Under the pieces are notes generated by a model that worked only from the letters and a program-made list of their open reading frames with translations, was not told the DNA's origin and searched no databases. This document shows positions 62,561-64,000 of a DNA stretch of 64,000 bases, piece by piece. The translations under genes were made by a program, and so were the position numbers. The DNA is from Halarcobacter sp. Lineage in GTDB: Bacteria > Campylobacterota > Campylobacteria > Campylobacterales > Arcobacteraceae. The stretch covers positions 3,200,001 to 3,264,000 of the forward strand of contig CP182352.1 in assembly GCA_048571215.1 (NCBI GenBank), given 5' to 3'. Positions within the stretch are counted from its first letter, which is position 1, and each line of letters opens with the position of its first letter.

Positions 62561-63868
62561 CTAGATATTAATAGATTTTTTTAATGCATTAATTAAGTTA
62601 TCAATATCTTCAATTGTTTGGGAATAGTGAACAGAAAGTCTAAGCCATCCAGGTTTTCCATCAAGTTCATCTTTATTTTTCATATTAAGCAAATCATGTC
62701 CATATGGTCCAGCACAAGAACAACCAGCTCTTGTTTGATAACCACCATTTTTTGATAGGTTTTCACAGATTTTATAAGGGCTGATGTTAGTTATATTAAA
62801 AGAGACTATACCTATATTTTTAGATATTTTATTTCCGTAAATAATGATATTATCAAGTTTTTCAAGCTCTTTTATTAAGTGTTCATATAATGACTCTTTT
62901 CTTTTTAAGATAAAATCAAAACCAAACTCATTTCTAAGTTGATAGGCAAGTGCTGCTCTGATTAGTTGCAATATACCAGGAGTTCCTGCTGTTTCCCTTG
63001 CTGTAATATTCTCTTCATATTCTTGAGAAGAGTTATTTACATAGGTTACAGTTCCTCCACCAGCAAAAGTTGGACTTAAACTAGTATCAACTAAATCTTT
63101 TTTTATAACTAAAAGTCCACAACTTCCAGGACCCCCTAAAAGTTTGTGGGGAGATAGAAATAAAGCATCATAATAGTTACAATCTACATTCATATATGGA
63201 GAACTAGCAGCAGCATCAAAACAAACTAAGGCTTTATATTTTCTAAGAAGATTTGATATCTCTTTATAACAAGTTATGATTCCTGTTACATTTGAAGCTA
63301 TACAAAAACATCCTATTATCTCTCGATGACGATTCTCTTGTAGTAGCTCTTTTAGTTGTCTTAAGTCAATAAGTCCATCTGCTGTTAGTTTTATCCTTTG
63401 TACCTCACAAATAGCCTCTCTATAACTAACCTCATTTGAGTGGTGCTCATATGGACCAATGATTACTAAAGGTAGCTTTTTTTTAGCAACGCTTATTCCA
63501 TATCTTTTAACAGTTGCAGGTGGAATATATACACCAATTAGTTCTTGAAATTTTTTTATAGCACCAGTTGCTCCACAACCAGTTGGTATAAGTGCAAAAT
63601 CATCTGATATTTCTAAAGAGTTTTTTAAAGATTCAATTGATTCTTCATAATATGAGTTTGTTATATTTGCCATAGATGATTCTTTTGAGTGGGTATTAGC
63701 ATAGGTTTCTAATACATCTCTCATTCTATTTTCTACTTGTCTAAATGCAAGTCCTGAAGCTGTATAGTCAAAATACTCTTTCTTTTTTTTACCAATAGTG
63801 TTATATCGTATAAAGTCAAGTTTATTTGTATTTTTATCAAAAAATGGTCTAAATATATCTTTTTTCAT
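62561..63868 (-). CDS. Aminotransferase class V-fold PLP enzyme (cysteine desulfurase-like)
   Basis: YFDYTASG, EHHSN, SNVTG, DAAA, SPHKLLGGPG, GTP, RAGCSCA. Confidence 0.92.
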   Translation of the reverse strand: MKKDIFRPFFDKNTNKLDFIRYNTIGKKKKEYFDYTASGLAFRQVENRMRDVLETYANTHSKESSMANITNSYYEESIESLKNSLEISDDFALIPTGCGATGAIKKFQELIGVYIPPATVKRYGISVAKKKLPLVIIGPYEHHSNEVSYREAICEVQRIKLTADGLIDLRQLKELLQENRHREIIGCFCIASNVTGIITCYKEISNLLRKYKALVCFDAAASSPYMNVDCNYYDALFLSPHKLLGGPGSCGLLVIKKDLVDTSLSPTFAGGGTVTYVNNSSQEYEENITARETAGTPGILQLIRAALAYQLRNEFGFDFILKRKESLYEHLIKELEKLDNIIIYGNKISKNIGIVSFNITNISPYKICENLSKNGGYQTRAGCSCAGPYGHDLLNMKNKDELDGKPGWLRLSVHYSQTIEDIDNLINALKKSINI

Positions 63869-63905
63869 TTTATAATTTTAGCTTATTTTTATTATATATA
63901 ATATT

Positions 63906-63938
63906 AATAAAAAGGGAAAATATATTTCCCTTTTATTT
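63906..63938 (-). terminator. Intrinsic terminator hairpin after the partial gene at the right edge
   Basis: AAAAGGGAAA-atata-TTTCCCTTTT flanked by A/T tracts. Confidence 0.65.
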
Positions 63939-64000
63939 ATTTTGCTTTTGTTAGTAAAAAATCCCTAAGATTTTCGAAATTAGAATCTTGATATTCAGAG
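63937..64000 (-). CDS. 3' end of an unidentified gene entering from the right edge
   Basis: Open frame SEYQDSNFENLRDFLLTKAK* ends directly at the hairpin. Confidence 0.45.
   Translation of the reverse strand, partial: SEYQDSNFENLRDFLLTKAK

Overview
AT-rich bacterial DNA, most consistent with an Arcobacter-like Campylobacterota genome (inferred from composition, codon usage and gene content). The left half (1-33075) is a single minus-strand ORF of more than 11,000 codons that runs off the window edge and is therefore absent from the ORF track. It encodes a giant LEPR-XLL-motif surface or secreted protein with near-identical 762-bp and 2046-bp repeats, a Pro-rich pentapeptide insert, RTX-like motifs, an unrecognised 60-70-aa repeat, a Trp-rich segment and a long helical insert. 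Next come two convergent operons of the circularly permuted ATP-grasp/alpha-E/transglutaminase peptide-ligase system with two M14 peptidases, hsp20 with CIRCE-like and HAIR-like operators, and a candidate 33-aa membrane peptide. A complete type I-B CRISPR-Cas locus follows, with a Bro-N gene inserted between cas3 and cas4, a probable internal Cas11 start and about 61 repeats. Past the array trailer lies a promoter-driven, GC-rich structured small RNA candidate followed by an orphan degenerate repeat. The window ends with ygbA-like, Cache-GGDEF-EAL, metallophosphoesterase and class V PLP enzyme genes. All translations, counts and alignments were done by eye and no databases were searched.
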